The notes beneath the pieces are model-generated. The model was not told where the DNA came from. It ran no database searches and was given only the letters and a program-made list of their open reading frames with translations. Below, piece by piece: positions 11,157 through 25,476 of a stretch of 64,000 bases of DNA. The position numbers and the translations under genes are program-made. Where the stretch lies: positions 58,342,001 through 58,406,000 of the forward strand of contig NC_135889.1 of assembly GCF_964194155.1 (NCBI RefSeq). Reading direction: 5' to 3'. The DNA is from Cetorhinus maximus. Taxonomy: Eukaryota. Each line of letters opens with the position of its first letter. Position 1 is the stretch's first letter.

Positions 11157-14100
11157 TCACCAATAACAATCCTACTGTCAAAATGAGACAACATAATGGA
11201 AAGAACATTTGTCATGTCCCTCCAAAAAATGACCGAATAATTTTAAATCACTGTAGTCACTGCAAATGTTGAGGTAGGATTTTTGTTTGTTTGTTTATCT
11301 TACAGTGTTAACCAAGCTGTGGGCCCTATGCTTTGACAGAGGCTCACATTTCTCCCGTTAGACATCCCACTAGCCTAAACTGGTATGGTCTTGTGACCAT
11401 GAAACCGCCAGGCACTTGGCACCTTCACTTTCACCTTGAAATTTTTTTGACCGTTTCGCCACGCTTAGAACTCAGAATTAAATGTGTTAACATAAAGCTC
11501 GTGTCATTAGTTTCGGCGCTTTTGTGTGTAGTTTATCAGACAAATGTAGAAAAGATTGAATGAAAGCATCCTTCCAGCCTGAGTATCCGGTATCCATGGG
11601 TATCCGGTTAAAGTGCATGTAAAGCTTTCGTCAGCCTAACTTTGTTTGCCGCCACAGTTGTCTACAACAAAACGTTTCTCTAGTGTTACCGCCTGTAGAT
11701 ACTTCGGAAATATTTTTGGCCACTGAATATTTTCAGTTAAATTGTGAGTGAAAGTCAAATTATAATGCACACGACCGCCGCTTTCATTGTGCCTGACTAC
11801 AAATTGCAAACTACTAGCAACTGAGTCCAACATAATTAAATCACTTCACTCCTTGTCATATCAAGTAAGCTATTGTGATACTTGCTATCTGCAAACTATC
11901 GTGTGTATCAATAAACAATTGCAGCTATCGGAATATTAGCCTTCCTATGTTTTAAATTATATACGTTCGTGTACTTCAACTGCGTTTTATCTGATTAAAA
12001 TATTACTATATTATCATCCAATAAAACAACTGGACAGGGAAAATTATTTTCCAAAAACCGTTTTTCGTCATTTAAAAATAAAATAATAAAAGAAGCGCGA
12101 AATAAAAGTTCATCACACGATTCACTAAATGTGTGGAACTGAATGGAAGCTGGTTGACAAGTAAGAACTCCCCAGCCTTGCCAGGAGAAAGGGAAAGACG
12201 TTCAGGCAATTAGCACATGTTCGGAAATCTTCTTAAGGGAAAATAGGAAGCTTAAAGCAGAACAACCCATTTAATACACAAGTATTAATGCCATTGGAGC
12301 GGGTATTAGTGCAATTGCTGCGATCAGCCGCTTTGAGAACGTAAAATTATGTTGCAAGTAATGCGTTCGTTCTGTTTTACAACATGAGATTAAAGAGTAT
12401 CTCTTTCCATACATTAGAATATTTCAAATTGCTGAAACTCTTGTAAAAGAGAGTTGAAAATCCTGCTTGTTACGTATGTCCAGCGGGCTGTGCATTTGAT
12501 TCCACTTAAAAGGTTCACAGAACATTACCGTCAAATAGTCGTGGTTTCCACACTGAGAAAATGGGGTAGTTATTGAGTTTTCTCGCCGAAGTCAACATCC
12601 CTGACAGCATCCTTTCCACTTTTACAGAAAAGGGCAACAATTTAACGGGCAACAGCGATGTAACCGGCATCCCTTTGTCCAGTTAAAACAGAAAGGAAAC
12701 TGCAGTTAACATAACGTCATTACCGAGGTGAAATGTACACCGGAATATTATTAGACTGTCCAATACTATTCATTTCATAACCTTGTTAAATTTGACTGGA
12801 TTGAGGGGACGCTCCAAGGGGGAAACAGTACAGAGAATGGGCTGATTCAGACACCATGTTGCCAGTTGAGCCGACCGCATCGCCAGGATGTGAACAGAAA
12901 TAACTATTTAGGATTTTTCTCAACATTGGCTGTTTGATTTAACAATTTCCGCCTATTGTTACATTGTTTAGCATTTTTTTTGGGACTGTTATAGAAGTAA
13001 TACACCAGGTCTGATTTGATCTTTGTGTTGTTATGCTACAAAAGCGCTGCTTCGGCCCCATTACTTTGTAACTTTGTGCAATCAGCACCCAACAAATCCA
13101 ATCAACAAGTTTAAGCGAATATACCGATTAAATGCTGATAAAACTATCCAAGTAATGTAATTGGGAAATTAATTTTACTCATTTTGGACTCATTACGACG
13201 AGAAAATAAAGCCTTAATCTTTGAAGAGAGCAAGAAACTTGTTAAACTTACGACTGGAATGAACTAAGTTGTATTTAATTCCACACTTCGACATGATATT
13301 TCAGATAAATGGCAGGAAGAACTTTATCGTTTGGAATACTTACATTATTTCGGTTTCTTTCATATTGATCCCTGAAAGCCACTTTCACAGTATTGCTGGC
13401 CTGGGCTGGAACTTAGTGCTACATTGCGCCGCCGTGTGGCTATTTGCAGAATTAACCATCCTGGCAATGAGTGTCACTGTAAACTGGTCTCGCTGTTTTG
13501 ACACTTTTTAATAAGCTTAATCAAAATATATATGTCATGGCAATTTAAGTAAGATACGCAAACAGTAAAACCATACTTAGGTCAGTATTGTGTATTACAA
13601 TGATACAGAAAAAGTCGAGCTGCCAGGTTTGCATCGGAAATTCTATTGAGTCGTAAATTACATTTTCTCTCATTTCCATGGAAACCGAGATACTCGTGGG
13701 TGATTGGTATAGTGTTTGGACGTATGATGAACATTTTTGACTCGTTCAGCTTGCATGAGAATGACCTATATGGAAAGATGTTGTTCCTATCAGCTAAGCA
13801 TAGAAGAACAAAGGAGCCTCCGTGTTTATTAACGTTGTACAAAAATACTTGGGGGATATTGTTGAATGCAATTTATGGAAAAGCACAAATACTCTGCTCA
13901 AATGCAGAGATATTAAGAAAACATTATTTTGACATTGGACTGTTTGTGGCCTTTAGCATGCGCACTTTAGTAACACGTTATAGATGTTAAAGTTTTAATC
14001 TTACTTTAGGAGGGAAGCTGCAAGAACAACCCAACAGCCACCAGGCGCCTATGTCTTCAAAAAGGTTAAAGGTGATGACCTTGACATTATAGAAGTTCAA

Positions 14101-14833
14101 AGACAACATTATAAGAATTCTCTTTTCAAAATATACCTTAGTATGCTCACGAGGAGATGCTACTTTGTCAGTATCACCCTGGTCTTCATTAAGTTTAACA
14201 AATTTGTTTGATGTAACTTAGGTGGGATCCAGATTTTTTTTTAAATTCGAATGTTAGACTTTATAAGTTGACTTGCCTTTGAGTTCGTATTCCTTTGTAA
14301 AATCTATTTAACTTTGATTTCTTTCGATTCTTTTGTTTGGTATATAGTGCGGGAGCCTTTCTTAGTGGGAGAAGGTGTAATAAGTCGCCATTAAGCTGGT
14401 TAGAGCAGTGAACTTTACGATGTTGTCTAGACAGTTCAAGGTTTTGTAAACAGCAATGCTGTGTCATGCGGCACGGAAACTTGGCGATTAGTTTTCGGGG
14501 GAAAAAAGCTTTGAGGTTTTGAGAAGCCCTATTTACGGCGTCGCAGGGACACTGAGGTTCGCTTCAAGTTATCATATGTTGTTTATACCTTTAAGTGCTT
14601 CCCCTCTGTAGGAGTTTAGTTTAATTTTGAATACACGTTGCCATTACCTTTTTTCTTACAATAGAAATACATTTGTTAATCAACTTCCAGACGTCAATAT
14701 GTTTAATCCAATTATTAAAAAAACAAATTGCAATCAACTATCATGTTTATAGGCGAAACGCCAAGTTAACTTTCGGCTTTTCCATTTAAAACAGAAACGT
14801 TCGCGGAGGCGCATAATACATGAACAGGACAGT

Positions 14834-14930
14834 AATCTGTAATATAAACACCAAAAATATGCTGGAAATACTCAGCAGATCAGGCACCATCTGTTATATT
14901 TCAGATTTCCAACATCCGCATTACTTTGCC
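14834..14930. repeat. Internally deleted copy of the 3761-3945 hairpin element
   Basis: aatctgtaat...atgctggaaatactcagcagatcaggcaccatctgt|tatatttcagatttccaacatccgca matches the left arm and the distal right flank of the first copy. Confidence 0.7.
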
Positions 14931-15713
14931 TTTTATGCAGTAAATTGCAATGTGTGCACTGTATTTCAGAGATAAACAACACTTGTATCTTCCGAATTAT
15001 TTGGTGGTCCCAGTTTTGGTCTGCTTAGTATACTCAATCGTCTATTCATTTAAAAAAAACTTTATTGATAAGATTTCTTATAAGGCTTTTATTCACTTGA
15101 GACAAAACACATTCTAAAACATGCATTTATCATGAAATGTCAACTAGCTTGTAACCTTAAAACAGAATTATGAACATGGCATCAAATTTCGACATCTCTA
15201 GCTACGGTATGTTATAGTTAATTAATACAATGGAAGAAGTAAAATAATAAATATGCATTTCTTCTTTTCATGGGATACACACAACTTGAACAAGTATGGT
15301 TAGTTTGGCTATACAATGACTACGACAGAAATAGAAAATACTATATTATCTGATTGACCTATCGCTGTGAACAAACGATTGCTCCATCTTAGCGCTCTAT
15401 TACCCCGATTTATTGTTAAAAATGAGCACGCTGCTCCTTTACGCCCTGAATCAAGCCTGTTCCGTTGGAATTGAATAACACAAATACTGAGGTAAGAATG
15501 TTCCCTAATAAACATTACGGCCGTGTTTCCTGCACAACCGTGTCACCCTTAAATTCGATTCTACGTCGATCGTATTAAGGACAGTCTGCTTTCCACAGAA
15601 GAACAACAAAACTATTCTCTCATACTTGCAAGTCACACCTTCTGTAAATAAATATCGACTAAGGCAATGGAGAGTTGGTCGAAGAGGATCCACCAGAGTA
15701 AGTTGTATCATAG

Positions 15714-15946
15714 TCACAGTAAGGGATTGCCAGTAAAAAAGTGCAGGCGATCTCTGCTAAGTTTCTTTTCTTTCATCCTTCGATTCTGGAACCAAATTTT
15801 GACTTGTCTGTCGGTGAGGTTTAACATTCTCGACAACTGCAAGCGTTTTTCTTTGTTTATGTAAACATTGAAGAAAAATTCTCGTTCAAGTTCCCGAATT
15901 TGATATTTGGTATAAGGACATCTTTTCTTTCTGCAGCGTAGAGCAG
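15714..15946 (-). CDS. hoxd11: HoxD11 exon 2 (homeodomain)
   Basis: Acceptor ...tttcccgccag|CT. Encodes (T)[76 protein letters not shown], a PG11 homeodomain. Confidence 0.96.
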
Positions 15947-16506
15947 CTGGCGGGAAATACATTAAAAAAAATAAGGTTACAAAGCATCATATAGCAACAG
16001 ACGTGTTCTTCATTATTTGAACTTAAACTCGGCATCAAACGATGTAAATAACGTTCTTGGTTCGACTGGTCAAATACACCCTGGAAGCACCATTTATTTC
16101 TTGATAGTTTTTTTTTAATGGATATGCTTAATTACTTTTTTCTTTTATGACGTTTGATTTTCGCTATTGAAAGCAACAGTCGCAGGGGGGCAAAATCATA
16201 AGTGAAACCTCGCTTTGTTAGTATGAAAGAAAAGCATTTGCAATGAACAGAAGCAGAAATACCCTTCGGTCAAATTGGAATGGCATTATTGAAATCATTA
16301 TAGAAAGTTAGAATCGACTATTCGTGGGTTTGCATATTCAAAAAGCCCACCTAAACCGATTTCCCGTCGTAAACAACCTTTACAGCTTTAAAGCAGATCT
16401 TATAGGGTATATAAAATCCTTCGGCTGCTTATAAAATTTCACATAAAATCTGTGAGACAAAATGTGTTGGCCCTGTATTCTAACCCCGGGTTACTACTGC
16501 ACCTAC

Positions 16507-17164
16507 TGGATAGATTACTTTTGTCGGCCGCACTGTTACTGGAGGACTCGACGGTGCTTTTTTCGGTTGCACTTTCTTTCTCCTGCTCAGAAGAAACTTT
16601 ATCAGATGCTGTGATACTCGGGCACGTCGACGCGGACTTTTCGGTCAACTGTTCATAAGTAGTGGAGTCAGAAATCCCATAAGCTGTCTCAAAAAACTGA
16701 TCAAAACCTTGAGGAAGAATTCCATTCCTGCCAACTGCAGTGTAGAAATTGCAAGCTGGATTTGAACTTCCACGCTGGCTGTACACAGAATCGTTTTTAA
16801 ACAGCATTCCTGTCCTGGTCGGTGGTTGGATATAGTCTCTATGCATTATTTCTTCTGCAGAGCAATAAGGGGCATAGTTGCTCCTGTAATGCCACTTCGT
16901 CGGACGTTCTAAACCGTAATCTCTGAACGCCACTTCCCGGACAGGTTGAACCTGGGTTAAATTAGAGGAGTAAGGAAATGTCATTTGGCAAGAAGTGCTC
17001 TGCGGTAAAAATGTTGACACTGACGAGAAATCTGGGGCTGAAACATAGTACGTGCAGCTGGGCAAATACATACTCGAGGCGCAGCTACCACGGTCTTCAA
17101 ACTCTGTCATATTTTGCTTTCGGAGTTGCGAGGACGAATTATCAGGATTGATGATGTTAAACAT
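16507..17164 (-). CDS. hoxd11: HoxD11 exon 1 (ATG at 17164; alternative in-frame ATG at 17110)
   Basis: PG11 motifs [30 protein letters not shown] and [19 protein letters not shown]. Phase-1 donor TCCA|GTAGGT at 16507/16506 is in frame with exon 2. Confidence 0.93.
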
Positions 17165-17231
17165 GCTCCATCTATTCTACCCGAAAAGCGTATGAACAGA
17201 GTCGGCGACAGAAAAAAAATTGGGAACGCAG

Positions 17232-17288
17232 GCTGACGTGCAATTCATCTTGATTGATTCTAAGGGTAAACGAGTCATGTGATCCAAT
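17232..17288. promoter_or_regulatory. HoxD11 proximal promoter motifs
   Basis: TGACGTG at 17234-17240, TGATTGAT (Pbx-type) at 17251-17258, GTCATGTGA E-box at 17274-17282 and CCAAT at 17284-17288. Confidence 0.6.
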
Positions 17289-20200
17289 GTAGAAATTACC
17301 ATAGATCAGTTTTGGTCATTAAGATCCATCCTTTGGAACTCGAAGGTAATACTCTCAAAATTAGCCTATCGGCTTTCAGGCTGTGCTAGGTAGCTGCGTT
17401 AGGTTCCCAATGCCAAGGATTTGCCCTGTGACTAAGGATAAAGCAAATACAGCAACAAATAATTTAATCTGCACACCACAGTCTGTCACAGATACCTTTC
17501 TATATTTGGAAACATCAAAAACATCAGCGCTGTTTCATTAACTGTTGAGGTCATGTCCATAACATAAAACTATGTTCTGCCAAATAGGCAGCATGGAAAT
17601 TCTTATATTTTAAAATGCAAAAACAATTACTACGTGTATCATAAGTAACAAGGAGGATTTCCAAACCATTTCGTGGCGATGAACCCAAAGGGTACTGCCT
17701 AAACTCTACTTCAAGGTCGGATTGACGTGCTAATAGAAATTTCATTGTATGTCCCATAGTAAGGAAATTAGATAGAATATGTGCATTAAAGGACGATAAT
17801 GGCATTATTCATTTTTATTTTGAAACTAGTGGTTTCCAACCTTTCCCTCCGATTTAGAAAATCCGGTTTGGCATATCCTATAGTCAAGAATATGCAAATG
17901 ATAAAGCCATTCCCTACTGTTGAGCTTTATTATGTTACATTCCAAACTGATTTTCCTTCATTAATTGTCTCGATATTGTTGTTCACATAACGCAAATTAA
18001 CCATCCAATGACCGCGCGAGTTTAACACTACCTTCGATATAAACCGTAAATCTGCAAATTAAACAAGGTTTTGGAGTTTAGTGCCTCGAGAACATCAAAA
18101 TATGGCCGCACTACGATATTTAAACTATTCCTAAATTGCCAGGCTTGCTCGGGGTGTAAATTTCTCATTGTAATTTCAAAAGTTCATGTTCATGATTTGC
18201 ATGAATTGGAAACAACACGTGGAAACTCCTTGTGGCAGCTGGGGAGTGGGTTCAGCCGTCTGAGAATTGAAATCAGCGCATCGCCGAGTTATTCCGTAAT
18301 CTTTCCCATTGGCAGAGCCTAATATATGCAGCCTAATGAATAGGTTCATCTGCAGGAAAGTGAACTTCTTGTTTGAAAAGTGCTCGAATCTGCCAATGTG
18401 GACTATCCTCTACAAACGGATGCTTACATGTAACTGTCTGTGGTGGGGGCGGGGGAACTCCACGGAGAAAAAAAACTTTAATTATGGAGAAATTATGGGG
18501 AAAAATCTACTCATGTTCCAATTTACTTTTACACACTCATTAAATATTGCATGTCATTATTTATCACAATATTTATCCCGCACGACCAAGCAGGAGGTAT
18601 CGCTCTAATCAATATTTATTTACTTTGGTCAGATTGAAATACACAATTAATGTTGTCTGTATCTACCAATTAGACAGAGATTCGGTGCAGTTAACTCGAG
18701 TAACCGGAGGATAGACCCTAAATTCCACTTCCCAGACTGAAAACATAATAAAAACGTAAATGTTGTTGGTTCGCGAAGTGATAATTGTTTGGCTGCAGAG
18801 CAATTTTCCTAAGATATGAATTCAAATTAAAGATCTGAAAGCCAACAATGTGTTGAATTCCGATCTGTTCGCTCCATTCGCCTCAAACTCGCACACGCAC
18901 TCATACAATGTGACGTCCGGCTGTTATTGGTATAAAGTATGTGACATGGTATTGTTTTAATTAATGGAGTCTAAAACGCAGTGTTGCCTTTGTTTATTTG
19001 CTGTAAAATAAGAATGATAATTAACCTCAAATTAAATCAAAAACTGAAATCTCCTAATTCAACACGGCTGAGTGATTTGGTATGTGGTCCGTGATCACGA
19101 TCCAGCAGAATAAGGTAAAGTCACACTGAAATGTGGATAGCGTGTCGAGCATTATCCCTACACAATAATTTAAAACGAGAAACTTCTAACTTATGTATTG
19201 GTTCACTTTTTAAATTTCCTTCTTCTTGAATGTAATATTTCCTTTATATAATTAATAAAAACATCATCGCTGTGTGTTCTATTCATAGTTTATAGAACTC
19301 GCTTAAGCATGCGCTGGTTATAATATGACTTTCGTTGTTACGTATAATAGCTGTAAAGCTTAAATGCACTGGGAATGGGCTCGATGTCATTTCCAAGCAT
19401 TAACTGTTATGAAGATACGTACTAGTTCAATCACATTACATTAGTCCATGTGTTAAAAGATCCAGTTCAATACTGTGGCAATGGCTGTAAATACAAAGGG
19501 AATTAAAAGTGTCCTTTGTTCTCATCTCGTGTTCAGATAACCAATTCGACATGTATTAATGCTAAATGCAGACAAATACCTAACAAGTTGTTTAACATCG
19601 ATGAGGAAGCAAAGGCGGTTCTGGTATACTAAGTAAAGAGTTTTATAGTATATAAATTAGGATCGTTATTCTCTTACATACATGGAGCAAAAGGCGACGC
19701 ACGGGGAAAGTTTGTCGGGCGTATTTTTTCGTACGCAATTCTTCAAACCGGCGATCTGTTGTTTCACTTTGCCGTTCCAGGCAAAATATCAGAGTCTTCT
19801 TTGTGCTTCTGAACAGCACGCAGCATTAAGTATTTCGAATGTGGAAAAAAAAACTCATTAGTCAAGTAAAGTCCACGATCATTAGGTATGTTAGACTTGT
19901 GCAATCCAAAAAGAGACACTAACTTGACCTTAACTTTGTTATGGCGCCCCCAGTATCTGGAGAACATGTACAGACACTGTCTGGCAACTCGACCCATAAA
20001 AGTGAGATGAAAAAGAGATTCCGAGTGATTTCGACGTAATGTCGGACAAATTTCCAAAGCCCTGGCTTATACCACTACAAATACCATGATTTTGCTGCAA
20101 ACCCATGTACTTTGGTGCTGGACTAAAATTTATTTTAGTCACAATTATGGAACAAATGAATGTAAACAGCCCCTGGGATGATATAGCCCATTCGCGGTAT

Positions 20201-23200
20201 GATTCTTAAGGGGGGGAAAAAAATCAGAAATTCAGCACCAAGCTCAGGCCTCACCATCCCCAAAACACAGCAAAAGTCATTTTCATACGTTTCTAATTCA
20301 ATTTGAAAGTTAACTCACAACGCCGAAATGCTGGGGTCTGGGTACATTTTTAATTAATAATTTAACTAGAACTGTAATCACGCCGATAACGGTAACATTT
20401 TCAATATTAGCCAATGCATGGCTTCATAAGATTTCAAAATAAAACTTACATATTGATGATCGCGCATTAAAATATTCAGGACCTTCTAGAGGTCGGTTCC
20501 ACATCCTTAATTGCCGACGTATTGGTGGCTGTATTTGTTTCGCATTATTTTCTAAGGTGGCGCTTGCGGGCGTGCTTCTGGTGTTCGGTAGCAGCTCCCT
20601 CAGAATCACCCGTCCATACTGCTGACCTACGTGGCGTTTTTATTAAATTACAGCGCTCCTAAAACAAGCTCACCAAACTCATTAGCTCCCAAATCCACAT
20701 TTACGCGAATTTGATCTAACTTTCTGAAAATTGAGCAATGCAAATGACTGCACCTAACCGTTTTCATCGTGTTGGTTAAAGTACGTGCGATTTCATGCAG
20801 AATGTTTACAGCTCTAGTGCAATGGAATTTGATGAAACCTTCCCTTATTTAAATACATATCTTCGGTCTAGTGGCAAAGGAGGAACCTGCACTTCAGAGT
20901 GGCGTAGTTTGTGTTCTTCCCCATAACACCTGCCTTTGTGAAATGCAAAAAAGTCTCGACAATAATAACAACCTTTCCTTCCATTACCATCGCCCAAATA
21001 TCGCAGGAAAGCATACTTCAGTGCAACATCTGGGCTACAGACATCTGCATTTATTTCATGGATGTGATACAAACATGAAGCCCAGGAACCAGGGACATGA
21101 AGAGTCACTTTGACGTTAACAAATAATTGAATGCCAACCTAGAATCAAATTCGTGTCATTAAAATAATTTAAAATGTGTGTGTGTGTGCATTGTTTGCAG
21201 CGCAAGTCCCATTTACATGTCCCGCCTGGAAAAAAATAACATCCTCTGAATTTCATAACATTGTTTCAAGTCCTAATAGTCAATGCACATTTTTTGAATC
21301 TGGATATATTTAAGGCCCATGAAAGTTTTTTAATGTACCCAAAACCAGTACTGTCGGCAAAATGCCCAGAATAAAATATCTAATTACCTTTAATCAGAGA
21401 ACATTTATTTGCGTTGATTTATTTCAATAAAGTTCCTTAAAAGGTTCATGAAATCGCACGGTGCATTTTAATTAACAGGAGTGCAGACAAATGGCGGGGT
21501 TAGAAGTAATGGCTGTGCCTGCCCACCCACGCCCTGATTTGCTAGAACGAGAGGCGAAGTGACTGTAACTCATTCATTCTCGTTTACATCTTCAGCTAAC
21601 CGCCCAAGCCCAAGTGCAAAGGCTTTCTCCACCAAACCTCATTTTAATAAACATAACGTATTCACATCGAGGCATAACTTTACACTTTTAAATGAATTAA
21701 AAACCGTTAATTAAAATTAATTAAAATACTTGAAACCGTCAATCAAAAAAATGAACTAAGTATGCATCGCCAAAACAGGAACGTGAAATAATAATGATGA
21801 AAAGGGATTGATAACACTTGACTCTATTCTCTGGAAAAAAAAACGCTATTTCCAAAGTTCTAACCTGTTCCATGAAGGATATATCCCAATGGCGAATGGA
21901 ATCGTCGTCAATCTGTATGAAACGAATGAATCAAAGCCGCATTCTGGTTTCAAGTGAAACAAGTACGTGGAACCCTGCGCCCGGGCCAAACCATATTCAA
22001 GTTGCAGCAAAGGATAAATTATTTCTTTTTATTTTATTTCGTAAACGTTTCTCTTAATTTTTTTGTACAATGATCACCTCTTTCCGGCGATTGAGAATGG
22101 AAATTGTTATCAATTAATAGAAGCTTCTGAAAGAGAGGGGCGCAAAACTATTTTGGTTCAATGAAAGTAGGGGCAAGCTATAAGTAAAAAAATCATAATG
22201 CTCAAACTTAGAGTTAAATGGCAGGTTACAGAATCCAAATCCAGCTGAATACAACTAAAAGAGATGCCCACAGATGCCCTTATGTATTGTGCGGTTTCTA
22301 TTGGTGCTCTGGTTTTGCTTTAATATTGGTGTATAAAAACGCAACTGAAGATAAATATTTGTCTCGTGTAACCTGGATTTAAATGTTGTTATTCTTTATG
22401 CTCCAAATTTCCAGAAGGCCGAGAATTTGTACAGTTTAAACTCAATTAGATCGTCAAACTCTGCAAGTTTCCAGATCTCCTATAGGAAACTGAGGAAAAT
22501 TGGTTCGCTTGCACAATGATTTACCAATATTGTTCCAATAATGTACTAATCTGCAAACGATTAGTTACGAAGCTCTGTAGCATGCCTAAATAACAATTCG
22601 AGTCTACCAAACCTCTAACCCATGCATCAGGTGGATATTATGCGTTTTTAATTGACGGTAGTGTATAAATATTGAAACTTAATCAGAAATTCGGCATTGA
22701 GAATGTTACTGGAGAGAAACCACTGCAATAAGTCATTTGTAGAAAACATTGGGAGGCATGTTTCTTTATTTTTATTTTGTTCAATATAGGCCTTTAAAGG
22801 ACCCAAGAAAAGTACAATTCCATAACAATTTATCACCCGTGTGTTTATTATTTTAATTTCTGGCACCGTTGTTTATCTATTTTGTTCTATGCACCGGATT
22901 CACGTGCAATTTCACGAAGCAACTCTGAATTATGAAGCCGAGGTCGCCGCAGCCTTGAAAACAACTCAGCGCCAACGATATAGGGCAGTCACAGGAAGTT
23001 AATAATACGATAACCTTCCCGTTCGTCTAATTCAAATCCACACAGACCACTATTACCTATTGTGGGACACGCATTGTTCGCGAAAAACAAATGTGATAGT
23101 CCGGATAGGTATGCATCCTTATCAGAATTTCGCACACTTTGAATTAATCAATTTTCCAGCTCCAACTTCACATCACATTTACAAAACATGAGTTGTACAT

Positions 23201-23791
23201 ACAAATGAAAAATTGCTTCGTCGCTCATTTTATTAGGACTCAATTTACATAGGTAGAGTGCATGCATAATATTTATATATTTAAGATTTAAACTCGAATG
23301 TTCCATTCTAATTACCTGCTGTACTTACATTCTCAAAATGCAGAATATCTGCTTGTTATTCGAATGGACAGTCATGTGGCAATTTTTTTTTTTAAATTGA
23401 GGAAACAAAACCATTACAAATGTCTCTGAAACTAATAAATGATGATGAGAAGACGCCGGCACGTTATTCACGGACAGCAAAGTACAGGCCACAACAAGTC
23501 AATTTTGTGCCTTGCGATAAATTTCCTGCTATAGCAAATGTTCACGAGGTATCCGTAGTTTGCATCTCAGTCCCTGTATGTTGCTGATGTTTAACTAAGC
23601 CAACACGCCATGGACTAGTGGCAGTGGCAATGTAAGGTTAGATTGCTGTTTTATATGACAGCACATCAAAGGAGCACCTATCCATTAAAACAATGGATAT
23701 TCTTGATCTACATGCTTTCTGCAAGCAAGCTTATTTACCGTAAAAAGTTCAACTCACGACCTTGAAACTCACATTTGAACTTTACTTTGGC

Positions 23792-24030
23792 CTAAAAGAG
23801 TGAGAGTGTTTGTTCGCGCATGACGAGCCTTTTCTTTTTCATACGCCGGTTTTGAAACCAGATTTTTACTTGTTGGTCGCTCAGGTTCAGTCTATCGGAC
23901 AACTCTTTTCTCTTCTGGCGATTGATAAACTCGTTGGCAAGAAATTCATTTTCAAGTTCAGCTATCTGCTGTTTTGTGTATGGCTTGCGTTTCCTCCTTG
24001 ACCTCACTTGGGACGGACACCAGGGCAGAC
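23792..24030 (-). CDS. hoxd12: HoxD12 exon 2 (homeodomain)
   Basis: Acceptor ...gatttgcag|GT. Encodes [79 protein letters not shown], a PG12 homeodomain. Confidence 0.96.
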
Positions 24031-24796
24031 CTGCAAATCGAAATTGAGAAAAAAAGGCTGAAGCAATTGAAATATTTGGCCACCCTTTCCATTCCAGAAT
24101 CATTTATATTTTCAGCACGCTTTGTTACTTCAGACAATAGCATTTTTTTTAACGTTGCAACATTCATATTGTTGCTCTTTTTAGAACTGGTGTCGAAACT
24201 TCGACAGAGCAATATACTATTTTCTACTTCGTGATACTTAGCCTTTATAAATTAGAAAAAAAAGCATCACTAGTAAATTATTATATTACCCGAGAAGATG
24301 GTCAAATGACACAAACATTTTTTTTTCCCAATTAGGCATTCAAGCGTCTTAATATTTTGCAGTCGCTGCATCAGAAATTCGCCAATTCTAAATTCCAACA
24401 AAGGAATCGCCCTGGAAAATTGGCTTCATAATAAAATGGCGACAAATTCAGTAAAGGTCCGATCTCCTCATCATTTAAATGTTAGTTAGAACTCAGATTG
24501 CAGCATTTTATGCTGTAATTTTAATGTAAAATTTAATTCAGTTTCAAACCATTTAAGCTATACCGCTGGCATGCTTTCGGTTTCATTGTTTTTATTATCA
24601 CGTCCTAATCATTTTTGTAATTACAAGCATTATTTCCCTGCTGGTTCTGAATGCGATAAGCGCAAGATTTTCAGGATCGATGTTTGATGTTCAATCTATG
24701 AAATTCACGTTAAAGTGACAGGTAGCGCGTTTGGAAAGGAGGGATACTGCAGTTTTTTCAAATGATGAATGCTTTAATATTGCACTGATACTATAC

Positions 24797-25376
24797 CATC
24801 GGAGGATCTGTTGCATACTGGAGTTACTGGTGACTGTAATGACATACTGAGGCTCACACTTTGCTTGATGCCATCATTTACAGTGGGAGAGTTGGAATTC
24901 AATTCAAAGCCTTGGTTATGTAATGACGAGCCATGCAGAGATGGTTCCACGTTTGGGTACTCGTACTTGGCAGGATTGATGTTGACTGAAGAGGGGATGC
25001 TGTTATCACTTGGATAAGACTGAGTGTGTCTGCATCTCTCCTCCAGTTTCCGGCTGCTGTCCTGGAAGTAGTATTTGTTAGGCTCTTCGCCGGCGGCTGC
25101 CTTGTCTGATCCATGCTTATTGATGCTGATGGAGACTGAGTTGCTGAGGTAGGACTGAGAGTAGCCGCTAAAGGCGCGGCTCTGCGGCGGCGATGCGCAT
25201 GGACTCGAAGTCCACGGGAGCGAGCACACCTCCCTGCGGGTATAGGAGAGTGCTGGCGACAGAGTTGCCAGTTGAGTCCCATTCGGACGCAGGTTGGCGA
25301 AGTAGAAGGGCTCCGGACTGGTAAAATTTAACAGGGAGCCGACATAGCCTGAATTTAGCAGATTGTGCTCGCACAT
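24797..25376 (-). CDS. hoxd12: HoxD12 exon 1
   Basis: ATG at 25376 gives MCEHNLLNSGYVGSLLNF.... Phase-1 donor GATG|GTATAG at 24797/24796. The spliced product is 272 aa. Confidence 0.94.
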
Positions 25377-25449
25377 TTCCAAGGAACGCGATCAGATCCT
25401 CTCTGTCCCCTATTTAGCTTCCAGACAGAGATAAACGAAAGACGCTCGT

Positions 25450-25476
25450 TGATTGGCTGCTTGGTGGTCACAAGAC
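25450..25476. promoter_or_regulatory. HoxD12 proximal CCAAT plus degenerate E-box
   Basis: TGATTGG at 25450-25456, followed 10 nt later by GTCACAAGAC. Confidence 0.5.

Noticed and set aside
12780-12915. Possible ancient SINE remnant
   Set aside because: Vague resemblance only, with no identifiable family features.
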